Source: Candidatus Dormiibacterota bacterium (GTDB lineage: Bacteria > Chloroflexota > Dormibacteria > Dormibacterales > Dormibacteraceae). From it: a DNA stretch of 64,000 nt. This document shows positions 1 through 7,340 of the stretch, piece by piece (positions within the stretch are counted from its first letter, which is position 1; every line of letters starts with the position of its first letter). A program made the position numbers and the translations under genes. The notes beneath the pieces were generated by a model, which saw only the letters and a program-made list of their open reading frames with translations, searched no databases and had not been told where the DNA came from. The stretch is from assembly GCA_035535055.1 (NCBI GenBank), contig DATLQT010000108.1, positions 6,831 to 70,830 of the forward strand, read 5' to 3'.

Positions 1-37
1 TCAGTAACCGGCGCCCACTGCCGGCGCAGGTTGGGGG

Positions 38-607
38 TCAGGGCTCGGGGCGGAAGACCAGCGAGTAGCCCTTGTGGGGGCGGTTGACGAGCTCGCAGGG
101 GATCTTCAGTCCGGTAAGTATGGTCCTGACGCGCCTGACGTAGTTGCGGACCTCCTCCGGGTGCAGTGACGGCTCCGCCCAGGCGCGGTCTTTGATCTGG
201 TCCGCGGTGAAGAAGCGGTGGGGGTGGTCGAGCAGGAACTGGAGGAGTTGGAGCTCGCGCCGGGTGAGGTGGGTTTCGCCACCCTCGAAGCGAACCGTCT
301 GGCTTTCCACATCGAGCCAGAGGCCGTGGAGCTCCCAGACCCGGCGGTACCAGAGGTCGAGCCGCTCCTGGTAGCCCTCGAGCTGGTCGACGATGATCTG
401 GAGGTCCTCGGATGCGGCCTTCTGGGCGACCTCGGGGAGCCCGGCCAGGTCGCGTTCGACCCGCGCCAAGAGCCCGCGCTTGAAGCGGATCAGGTCGTCG
501 TAGATGCTAATCCAGTGGCGTGCGTCCTCCCAGTGGGAGGTCGCGAGGTCCTCGCCTTCCAGCGGCGAGGAGCCGGGTTTGCGGGCTCGGCTCGCCATCC
601 GGCTCAT
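38..607 (-). CDS. Receiver-less OmpR/PhoB-type winged-helix DNA-binding protein with an unassigned N-terminal helical domain
   Basis: 189-aa ORF. The C-terminal ~95 aa (HLTRRELQLLQFLLDHPHRFFTADQIKDRAW...VRNYVRRVRTIL...NRPHKGYSLVF) fit the Trans_reg_C winged-helix pattern. There is no REC domain. The N-terminal ~95 aa are helical and paralogous to ORFs 619-903 and 3949-4236. Confidence 0.75.
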   Translation of the reverse strand: MSRMASRARKPGSSPLEGEDLATSHWEDARHWISIYDDLIRFKRGLLARVERDLAGLPEVAQKAASEDLQIIVDQLEGYQERLDLWYRRVWELHGLWLDVESQTVRFEGGETHLTRRELQLLQFLLDHPHRFFTADQIKDRAWAEPSLHPEEVRNYVRRVRTILTGLKIPCELVNRPHKGYSLVFRPEP

Positions 608-618
608 TTTACGATCGG

Positions 619-903
619 CTACTCGAGTTCAGACACCCTGGCTGTCCAGAATCCCAGCCGCTGGCGGAACCGATCGGCCTGGGCCACGACCACCGGGACA
701 TTGGTCAGCTCGACCTCGCGCCGGGCTGTCGGCGACTGCAGCGCCATCAGGTCCTGGATTCGCTTCAGCACCAGCTCTTCCATGGCCAGGATCTCGGAGT
801 AGACGTTCTGCCAGTAGAGAGCCTGCACGAGGGAGGCGACGGCGGGATCGGCCTCACCGTCCATGGTCCTACTCGGGTCGCCCCCGCGGTCGGCGGCCAC
901 CAT
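619..903 (-). CDS. Small helical protein, paralog of the N-terminal domain of the adjacent wHTH protein
   Basis: This is the C-terminal part of track ORF 619-1170; the upstream extension is Arg/Pro-rich GC shadow. In-frame ATGs at 903 (94 aa) and 939 (106 aa). It shares the motif Y-x-E-[IL]-L...VL-x-R...SP...TN...F-x2-RL-x2-W with ORF 3949-4236 and the N-terminus of ORF 38-607. It lies 12 bp upstream of the wHTH gene. Confidence 0.55.
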   Translation of the reverse strand: MVAADRGGDPSRTMDGEADPAVASLVQALYWQNVYSEILAMEELVLKRIQDLMALQSPTARREVELTNVPVVVAQADRFRQRLGFWTARVSELE

Positions 904-1019
904 ATCCGGCCGCGAATCATATGCCTTGTCTGGCTTCATGAGGCCAGTGTCAGCCAGGCGACGTAAGAAGGTCAGTAACAGGGTGGAGGCCTGACCCCCA
1001 AGGCACGGCGCGCTGTTGG

Positions 1020-1634
1020 TCAGTCGGTTCCGGCGTAGATGGCCTCGACGATCAGGCGGTCGGCGTAGGTCTGGTTGAAGCGGTCGTAGGGGCCGGTGCA
1101 GGTGATCAGCGTCAGCCGTGCCGGCCCGTCGGTGGCGAAGAGCCCGGTGGGGTGTGAGTTGGCCGGCCAACCGCTCACGGCATCGACGGTGAAGTGGCTC
1201 CGGGCGCCGTCGGCATGGATCACCACCAGGTCCGCGCCGACCGCGATCCGCGCGAGGTCGGTGAAGATCAGCGGATAGCCAGGCAGGCCAACGTGGCCGT
1301 CGATGACGGCGTCACCACGCGCTCCCGGGGACGGCCCGGGCCGGAACCAGCCCACGTCGAAGAGCTTGCTGGGCGTCTCCATGGCGCCGGTCGCATCGAC
1401 CCCCAGCGACTCGACCTGGGCGTCGATGGCGAGGGAGGGGATCTGCAGCCGGCTCGGCGCGGTCACCGCCCCGGCCTGGAAGGGCAGGGGGAGGACCAGC
1501 CGTCCGTCCGGTCCAGGCGGAGCGGATGCGACCACGACCGGCAGCGGCGCCGCCGTCGCGACTGCCGGACCGACGAGGGCGAAAAAGACGAGGGCAGTCC
1601 CCAGGCCGAAGCCCCGGACTGCCCTCGCGAGCAC
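1020..1634 (-). CDS. Sortase family transpeptidase (class E/F-like)
   Basis: 204 aa with a GTG start. N-terminal membrane anchor, catalytic pattern GHVG...TLITCTG...YADRLIV (His/Cys/Arg). It sits 6 bp downstream of a protein carrying a sorting signal. Confidence 0.85.
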   Translation of the reverse strand: MLARAVRGFGLGTALVFFALVGPAVATAAPLPVVVASAPPGPDGRLVLPLPFQAGAVTAPSRLQIPSLAIDAQVESLGVDATGAMETPSKLFDVGWFRPGPSPGARGDAVIDGHVGLPGYPLIFTDLARIAVGADLVVIHADGARSHFTVDAVSGWPANSHPTGLFATDGPARLTLITCTGPYDRFNQTYADRLIVEAIYAGTD

Positions 1635-1639
1635 AGGGG

Positions 1640-2518
1640 TTAGTTGAACCGGCTGCCGGACTTCACCCGAAGTCCGAGGAGCAGGGCGGCGATCGAGCCG
1701 GCCAGCAGCGCGGGTAGCCAGGGGAAGCCTGGCTGGTCAGGGGCGCCGCTGGTGATTGGCAGGCCCACCGACGAGGCGGCGACCTTGCCCGACGGGGTCG
1801 TCGTCGTCGCCGCAAGCGTGCACGCCCCGCTGGGAGGGGTTATCCGGTTGGTGTCGAGCGTCAGGGCGCCGTTGCGAGCCAAAGCGCGCCCGGTCAGGAT
1901 GTTGGCGCCGGTGACCATGGTGATGCTGGTGAGGGCCATCAGGTTGCCCTGGAACTGGGTGGCGGAGCCCAGCGTCGCCGAGCTGCCGACCTGCCAGTAC
2001 ACCGCGCAGGCCTGGGCGCCGTTGGCGAGCAGGACGCTGGAGCCGCTGGCGGTGGTCAGCGTGCTTCCGATCTGGAAGATGAATACGCCGTTTCCGCTGA
2101 GCGTCAGCGGGCCGGTCAGCTGTGCTGAGGAGCTGAACCTGTAAACGCCCGGCACGAGGTTCATTCCGCCGAGGTTGACGCCGGTCTTGTCCGAGGTGGA
2201 GGGCGCGTTCGCCGCGTCGTTGTAGGCGGTGATCAGGTCATTCTTGGCCTGGAGCGCGGGGCCGTTGGCGGTGTTCTTGACGCCGGTGACGGTTCCCGGC
2301 GGAAAGCCCGTCACAGAGCTGGCGTTGCCGGGGCTGATGCCCAGGTTTCCGGTGACGACGGAAGGACCGGTGTTGGTGATGGTGGACCCCGCCAGCACCG
2401 TGAAGTTGAGCGCGGTCCCGAGGCGGGGTGCTGTCGCCGCGAATGCGCCTGCCGGCCAGGCGCCGGCGATGACGGCGATGGCCACGACGAACAGCGAGGC
2501 GATTCGAAAACTCTTCAT
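1640..2518 (-). CDS. DUF3494 / ice-binding-like secreted protein with a C-terminal sortase sorting signal
   Basis: Start taken at MKSFRIASLF (ATG 2518), followed by a signal peptide. Strong DUF3494-type beta-solenoid pattern (LGTALNFTVLAGSTITNTG...GNLGISPG...VPGVYRFSS...VFIFQIGSTLTT...AVYWQVGSSATLG...GRALARNGALTLDTNRI). C-terminus is LPITS + hydrophobic stretch + RVKSGSR. Confidence 0.85.
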   Translation of the reverse strand: MKSFRIASLFVVAIAVIAGAWPAGAFAATAPRLGTALNFTVLAGSTITNTGPSVVTGNLGISPGNASSVTGFPPGTVTGVKNTANGPALQAKNDLITAYNDAANAPSTSDKTGVNLGGMNLVPGVYRFSSSAQLTGPLTLSGNGVFIFQIGSTLTTASGSSVLLANGAQACAVYWQVGSSATLGSATQFQGNLMALTSITMVTGANILTGRALARNGALTLDTNRITPPSGACTLAATTTTPSGKVAASSVGLPITSGAPDQPGFPWLPALLAGSIAALLLGLRVKSGSRFN

Positions 2519-2647
2519 GATCTCACCGTGGACGCAGGCTGAGAACAAATGTCGTAACAGCGTCCGGGCCACCAAAGCGACGGACCGCGGCTGCCGGACG
2601 CAGCCACGGCCCGGTCGATTGGGGGTAGTGGTGAAAGAGAAGGGAAT

Positions 2648-2922
2648 CTAGCTCCAGCGGTGGCTGAACCGCCCGCCGGGTGCTACGAGGCGCACCGCCA
2701 AAAGCAGCAGGACGGCGCCCACAAAGGCGACCACGACCTCTTTGAACAAGCCACCAAAGGAGATGCCCGCGATGCTCGTCAGGAAGCCACCGAGCAGGGC
2801 TCCGAGCAGGCCCACCACGCGAGGTCCATGGGTAGGCCCATCCCCTTGCCTCTCAGCACCTTGCTGGCCAGGTAGCCGGCGACGAGGCCGACGATCACCC
2901 ACACGATGAGGTTGCCGATCAT
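2648..2922 (-). pseudogene. GlsB/YeaQ/YmgE-type transglycosylase-associated membrane protein, split by a frameshift
   Basis: An ATG at 2922 overlaps the yggT stop (ATGA) and opens MIGNLIVWVIVGLVAGYLASKVLRGKGMGLPMDL, which stops after 47 codons. The rest of the family pattern (VVGLLGALLGGFLTSIAG...VVAFVGAVLLLLAVRLV) is in another frame (track ORF 2648-2902; 2922-2902 is not a multiple of 3). A 1-nt indel near 2815-2825 would join them. Confidence 0.55.
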
Positions 2923-3296
2923 GAGGTGACGGGCCGGGTGCCCCGCGGTGCGGTCGCGATCCGGATCAGCATCGTGATGCCCCAGCCGATGACGGCGTAG
3001 ACCGCGATCGCCACCAGCGCCGCCGGTTCGAAGACGTTGGCGGACGAGCCGGTGTTGGCGAAGATCCCGTGGAAGGGACCCACCAGCGGAGCGGTCACGC
3101 CGTAGACGGCGCTGACGAAGGACGACTGCGTCGACGCCCCCAAGAGTTCGAGCAGGAAGCGGCCGGCGATCAGGACGTCGACGACGCCGACGATCAGGCC
3201 GACGACCGCCGCCGCGCGGAAGTTGTAGCGGCCCTGCTCGGCGACCGGGATGTGCTCGACCGGCGCGACAGTTGGAGTCGGCTGTTCTATTGCCAT
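2919..3296 (-). CDS. YggT family membrane protein
   Basis: Start taken at MAIEQ (ATG 3296), 125 aa. Two hydrophobic segments with YggT-like FVSAVYGVTAPLVGPFHGIF...ALVAIAVYAVIGWGITMLIRI. Confidence 0.7.
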   Translation of the reverse strand: MAIEQPTPTVAPVEHIPVAEQGRYNFRAAAVVGLIVGVVDVLIAGRFLLELLGASTQSSFVSAVYGVTAPLVGPFHGIFANTGSSANVFEPAALVAIAVYAVIGWGITMLIRIATAPRGTRPVTS

Positions 3297-3368
3297 GGAT
3301 CTAGCCTCCGCCACCCGCCGTAACAGAGTCAGTAACACCCGAGCGTCGCCGGACGGAGGAACGGCTGC

Positions 3369-3887
3369 CTAGCCGGCGAAGGGCGTGCCGAAGCGTTCGG
3401 CCGAGACGACCTCTCCCAGCGGCCGGCGTCGCTTCTTTCCCCTGATCGTTCGCCTCGGATAGCCGAAGGGGATCACCGCGAACAGCTCGTGGCCGGATGG
3501 GATGCCGAGCAAGCCGGCAACCTCGTCCATCCCTCCGAAGCCGGTCCAATTGGAGCCGACGCCCCCCTCCCAGGCAGTCAGCATCATCGATTGGATGGCC
3601 CGGCTCAGGTCGGAGACGCCGAAGCGGCTGCTCCGCTCGTAGGAGCAGGCGACGGCGAAGGCCGCGCCGGCGATGTAGGGCCCGTGCGCCACCATCCCTC
3701 CGATCTCGCGCAGCGTCTCCCTTTCACGAACGACCACGAAGTGCCACGGCTGGCCGTTCTGGGAGCTGGCCGTGAGCTGGGCCGACTCGGCAATGCGGTG
3801 AATCAGCTCCTCGGGGACCGGGCGATCGTCGTACTCGCGCACCGCCATCACGGTCCGGACGCTGTCGAACACAGGGTGGTCGGCCAT
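3369..3887 (-). CDS. Nitroreductase family protein
   Basis: 172 aa with SSQNGQPWHFVVV and the overall nitroreductase fold pattern. Confidence 0.85.
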   Translation of the reverse strand: MADHPVFDSVRTVMAVREYDDRPVPEELIHRIAESAQLTASSQNGQPWHFVVVRERETLREIGGMVAHGPYIAGAAFAVACSYERSSRFGVSDLSRAIQSMMLTAWEGGVGSNWTGFGGMDEVAGLLGIPSGHELFAVIPFGYPRRTIRGKKRRRPLGEVVSAERFGTPFAG

Positions 3888-3948
3888 TTCCTTTTCCTCG
3901 ATCCTACGGCATCCCGAGTTGACGACAAGCTGATAGTGCCGCTCTCAT

Positions 3949-4236
3949 ATGCTTTACCTCGTGGAAGGCCGGGTTCCGAATTTCGAACCCTCGGCGGCGA
4001 ACTTCACCCGGGAGCTGGGCGAGCCGCCGACCGGTACCGCCGATCCCGGCGAGATGGTCGCCTTCTACGCGGAGCTGCTGGAGGTCGAGCGAGCCGTCCT
4101 GGCGCGGATGGAAGAGCTCGTCGTAAACGCGTCGCCGGAGTTGCGCGACATGGTCAGGAAGACGAACATCGAGCGCCTCCAGGACCTCATCGCCGAGTTC
4201 GAGGCACGGCTCAGGCGCTGGGAGGAGCAGCTCTGA
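3949..4236 (+). CDS. Small helical protein, third paralog of the module in 38-607 and 619-903
   Basis: 95-aa ORF with FYAELLEVERAVLARMEELVVNASPELRDMVRKTNIERLQDLIAEFEARLRRWEEQL, which aligns to ORF 619-903. It is followed by a GC hairpin. Confidence 0.5.
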   Translation: MLYLVEGRVPNFEPSAANFTRELGEPPTGTADPGEMVAFYAELLEVERAVLARMEELVVNASPELRDMVRKTNIERLQDLIAEFEARLRRWEEQL

Positions 4237-4253
4237 ACCCGGCCCGCGAGCTC

Positions 4254-4274
4254 GCCCGGGCGCAGCGCCCGGGC
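4254..4274 (+). terminator. GC-rich hairpin downstream of ORF 3949-4236
   Basis: GCCCGGGCG-cag-CGCCCGGGC, a perfect 9-bp stem 18 nt after the stop codon. No clear U-tract. Confidence 0.4.
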
Positions 4275-4426
4275 TGATCTCCCGGCCGGCTCGAAATCCG
4301 GCCCGGGGAACCTGGTTCGGACATCGAGGGACCTTTGGCCCTAGGCGGTGCAGGACCCAACCTCCAGGCTGAGGCCCGGCACGGCATCCCGCCCTCCGCC
4401 CGGGCATCGCCAAGGAGAAACACCCA

Positions 4427-5518
4427 ATGAAGGCAGTCGTTTATCACGGTCCAGGCCAGAAGGCCTGGGAGACCGTTCCTGACCCGACCATCCAGGCGCC
4501 CACCGACGCCATCGTCAAGATAGACACGGCGACCATCTGCGGGACCGACCTGCACATCCTCAAGGGCGACGTGCCCGAGATGCCGCTGGGGACGATCCTC
4601 GGCCACGAGGCGGTCGGCACCGTCGTCGAGGTCGGCGCCTCGGTGACCAACTTCCAGATCGGCGACAAGGTTCTCGTCTCCTGCATCACCTCCTGTGGCA
4701 AGTGCCGCTACTGCAAGGAGGGCCGCTACGGTCAGTGCACCGGTGGCGGTGGCTGGATCTTCGGGCACCTCATCGACGGGCTGCAGGCCGAGTACGCCCG
4801 CGTACCCTTCGCCGACAACTCGCTCTACAAGGTCCCCTCGGGCATGACCGACGAGCAGGTGCTATTCCTCTCCGACATCCTGCCGACCTCCTTTGAGGTG
4901 GGGGTGCTGAACGGCGGCGTGCAGCCGGGTGACACCGTCGCCATCGTCGGCGCGGGACCGATCGGGCTGGCCGCCGTGATGACGGCCAAGCTCTTCACCC
5001 CCGGTCGCATCATCGTCATCGACCTCGCCGACAGCCGCCTCGCCAAGGCGAGGGAGTTTGGCGCCGACGTGACGATCAACAACGGCTCCGAGGACGCCGT
5101 CAAGCGCGTCTTCGAGCTCACCGGCGGGCTGGGTGTCGACGTCGCCATCGAGGCGGTCGGCGTATCGGAGACGTTCGAGCTGGCCACCGAGCTGGTCCGC
5201 CCCGGCGGGACGGTCGCCAACGTCGGCGTGCACGGCAAGCCGGCCACGCTTCACCTCGAGAAGCTCTGGATCCGTGACGTCACGATCACGACCGGACTGG
5301 TCGACAGCCGGACCATCCCCCAGTTGCTGGCGCTGATCTCCGGCGGGCGTCTGGACCCGACGGTCCTGGCAACCCACCGGTTCCCCATCTCCGACGCGAT
5401 GGAGGCCTACGACGTGTTCGCCGCCGCCGCAACCAGCAAGGCCCTCAAGGTCGTCCTGCAGGGCGCCCCGGTGTCGGGCAACCGCTACTCGCCCGAGCCC
5501 GTCGCCGTCACCGTCTGA
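4427..5518 (+). CDS. Zinc-dependent NAD(P) alcohol dehydrogenase (medium-chain, secondary-ADH-like)
   Basis: 363 aa with ICGTDLH...GHEAVG, a structural-Zn Cys cluster CGKCRYCKEGRYGQC and the Rossmann motif GAGPIGL. An AAGGAGA RBS precedes the start. Confidence 0.9.
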   Translation: MKAVVYHGPGQKAWETVPDPTIQAPTDAIVKIDTATICGTDLHILKGDVPEMPLGTILGHEAVGTVVEVGASVTNFQIGDKVLVSCITSCGKCRYCKEGRYGQCTGGGGWIFGHLIDGLQAEYARVPFADNSLYKVPSGMTDEQVLFLSDILPTSFEVGVLNGGVQPGDTVAIVGAGPIGLAAVMTAKLFTPGRIIVIDLADSRLAKAREFGADVTINNGSEDAVKRVFELTGGLGVDVAIEAVGVSETFELATELVRPGGTVANVGVHGKPATLHLEKLWIRDVTITTGLVDSRTIPQLLALISGGRLDPTVLATHRFPISDAMEAYDVFAAAATSKALKVVLQGAPVSGNRYSPEPVAVTV

Positions 5519-5550
5519 AAGCAGTCGAAAAGAAGGAAACCTTCAGCTCT

Positions 5551-5571
5551 GGCCGGGCGCAACGCCCGGCC
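5551..5571. terminator. Bidirectional hairpin between the convergent adh-like and MFS genes
   Basis: GGCCGGGCG-caa-CGCCCGGCC, a perfect 9-bp stem flanked by T-rich runs on both strands (ttcttttcc and, on the minus strand, tttccttcttttc). Confidence 0.5.
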
Positions 5572-5607
5572 GGGGCCGGCTTCTTTTCCTCGAACCTGAA
5601 GCTCGCC

Positions 5608-6837
5608 TCAAGAACCGGCGGCGGCTTCGAGCTCCTCGACGACGACGTCGTCCGCCACGCCGCTGGCACGGTCGACCGCCGCCAGCGTTGCACGTCCGAG
5701 GAAGAAGATAAGCAACCCGGCCAGCACCATCGCGGCGCCCACGAGGAACGGCACGTGGGGTGAGAACGCCTCCGCCAGCCGGCCCGACAGGTAGGGAGCG
5801 ATGGCGCCCCCGATGAAGCGGACGAAGCTGTAGCCTGCGGACGCGACAGGCCGCTCGATGTCGGAGACGCTCATCACCGCCTGGGTGACCAGGGTGTTGT
5901 TGACTCCGAAGAACAGGCCCGAGGCGATCACGTCAACGATGAGCACCGGGCGCGAGGTGGTGAACACGCCGCCGATCAGCAGGATCACGGCGATCGCGAA
6001 GAGCAGCACATAGAGGGTGTGCAGGGTCCCGAATCGAGCTTGCAGGCGCGGCGCCAGGAAGACCGAGGTGACCGCGACGCCGACCCCCCAGGCAAAGAAG
6101 ACGAGGCCCAGGCCGTGGGCGTCGAGGCCGATCGGAAAGGGCGAATAGGCCAGCAGCGTGAAGAAGCCGAAGTTGTAGCAGAGGGCCATCAGGCTCACGG
6201 TCCGCAGGCCGGGATGACGGAGCGCGCGGAGGGGTTCCAGAAGGGAGACGCGCCGAGTTGGGGTGGCGGTCGCCGGGAGCGTGAAGGCGGTGGCCAGGAA
6301 GGCGAACGTCATCAGGACGGCCACCCCGTAGAAGGGTCCGCGCCAGCTGATGCCGCCCAGGATCCCACCCAGGATGGGACCGGTGGCGATGCCGATCCCG
6401 ATCGCCGCCTCGTAGAGGATGATCGCCGACCGGATGCCGCCGGTGGCCGCGCCGACGATCACCGCGAGCGCGGTCGCCACGAAGAGGGCGTTGCCGAGGC
6501 CCCAGCCGGCGCGGAAGCCGACGATCGCCGCGATGCCGTTCGAAGACCCCGCCGCGGCACTGAAGAGGATGATGAGGACGAGCCCGCCGAGGAGCGTCCG
6601 CTTGGCGCCCAGCCAGCTCGAGACGGTGCTCGTCAGCAGCATTGCGACGCCCATGCAGAGCGTGTAGCTGCTGAAGAGGAGCTCGACCTGGGAGGGCGTC
6701 GCGTGGAGGTCGTTGGCGAGGCTGGGAAGGATCGGGTCGACCAGGCCGAGGCCCATGAAGGCGATCACGCAGGCGAAGGCGACCGCCCACACTGACCGCG
6801 GCTGCTTGAGGAGGCTTCCGTTAGACGGGGTGGCCAA
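5608..6837 (-). CDS. MFS transporter (drug:H+ antiporter-like)
   Basis: About 12 hydrophobic segments with a typical MFS N-terminus. Start set at TTG 6837, preceded by AAGGA 6 nt upstream. The track ORF extends to 6906 but overlaps the marR gene. The start is uncertain. Confidence 0.85.
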   Translation of the reverse strand: MATPSNGSLLKQPRSVWAVAFACVIAFMGLGLVDPILPSLANDLHATPSQVELLFSSYTLCMGVAMLLTSTVSSWLGAKRTLLGGLVLIILFSAAAGSSNGIAAIVGFRAGWGLGNALFVATALAVIVGAATGGIRSAIILYEAAIGIGIATGPILGGILGGISWRGPFYGVAVLMTFAFLATAFTLPATATPTRRVSLLEPLRALRHPGLRTVSLMALCYNFGFFTLLAYSPFPIGLDAHGLGLVFFAWGVGVAVTSVFLAPRLQARFGTLHTLYVLLFAIAVILLIGGVFTTSRPVLIVDVIASGLFFGVNNTLVTQAVMSVSDIERPVASAGYSFVRFIGGAIAPYLSGRLAEAFSPHVPFLVGAAMVLAGLLIFFLGRATLAAVDRASGVADDVVVEELEAAAGS

Positions 6838-7288
6838 CTGAGGTCCTTGACTCAAGCCGGTCGACAAGCGTCGTGAAGGCCGGCAGGGCCGCCTCCAGCG
6901 CCGCAAGCTCTTCGGCCGGCAGCGCCCCGAGGTGGTCGGCGAGCATTCGCGAGCGGAGCCGGCGGATCGAGTCGACGGATGCTCGCCCGGCGTCGGTCAG
7001 CTCCACGATCACCGCCCTACCGTCATCAGGGCTGCCCCTCCGACGCAGGAGGCCGGCAGACTCCAGCCGGGCGGCCATCGCCGAGATCGTCGGCTGTGCC
7101 ACCTGCTCGAGCATGGCAAGGTCGGTGAGTCGCAGGCTTTCGTGACGATCCACGCTGGAAAGTGCGCGCGCCTGGGCGAGGCTTATGCCGGCCCCCGCCA
7201 GGCTGCGGCGGATGGCCGCCTGCACCCGCGCGAGGAGGTCTCCGAGCTGCGAGGCCACGTCCAGCGACGCGGAGGGATGCACCGCCAT
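6821..7288 (-). CDS. MarR family transcriptional regulator
   Basis: 155 aa with the winged-helix MarR pattern (LSLAQARALSSVDRHESLRLTDLAMLEQVAQPTISAMAARLESAGLLRR...DGRAVIVELTDAG). Directly upstream of the MFS gene. Confidence 0.85.
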   Translation of the reverse strand: MAVHPSASLDVASQLGDLLARVQAAIRRSLAGAGISLAQARALSSVDRHESLRLTDLAMLEQVAQPTISAMAARLESAGLLRRRGSPDDGRAVIVELTDAGRASVDSIRRLRSRMLADHLGALPAEELAALEAALPAFTTLVDRLESRTSVGHPV

Positions 7289-7309
7289 TTACATAGGCAG
7301 TCTATGTAA
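7289..7309. promoter_or_regulatory. Perfect 8-5-8 palindrome abutting the marR start codon (candidate MarR operator)
   Basis: TTACATAG-gcagt-CTATGTAA starts 1 nt upstream of the marR ATG (7288) in an otherwise GC-rich context. Confidence 0.5.
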
Positions 7310-7340
7310 CTCGCAGGCCGCGGCGCCGGGCGAACGCCCG

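Noticed and set aside
2596-2620. A shared ~20-nt motif, CCGGAC(C)GCAGCCACGG, between the DUF3494 leader (2596-2620) and the amt leader (21205-21229).
   Set aside because: By rough estimate, an imperfect match of this length is expected by chance many times in 128 kb of 70% GC sequence.
3971-3990. tRNA T-arm-like palindrome GGGTTCCGAATTTCGAACCC.
   Set aside because: It lies inside the coding frame of ORF 3949-4236 (GRVPNFEPS). No acceptor, D or anticodon arms can be drawn around it.
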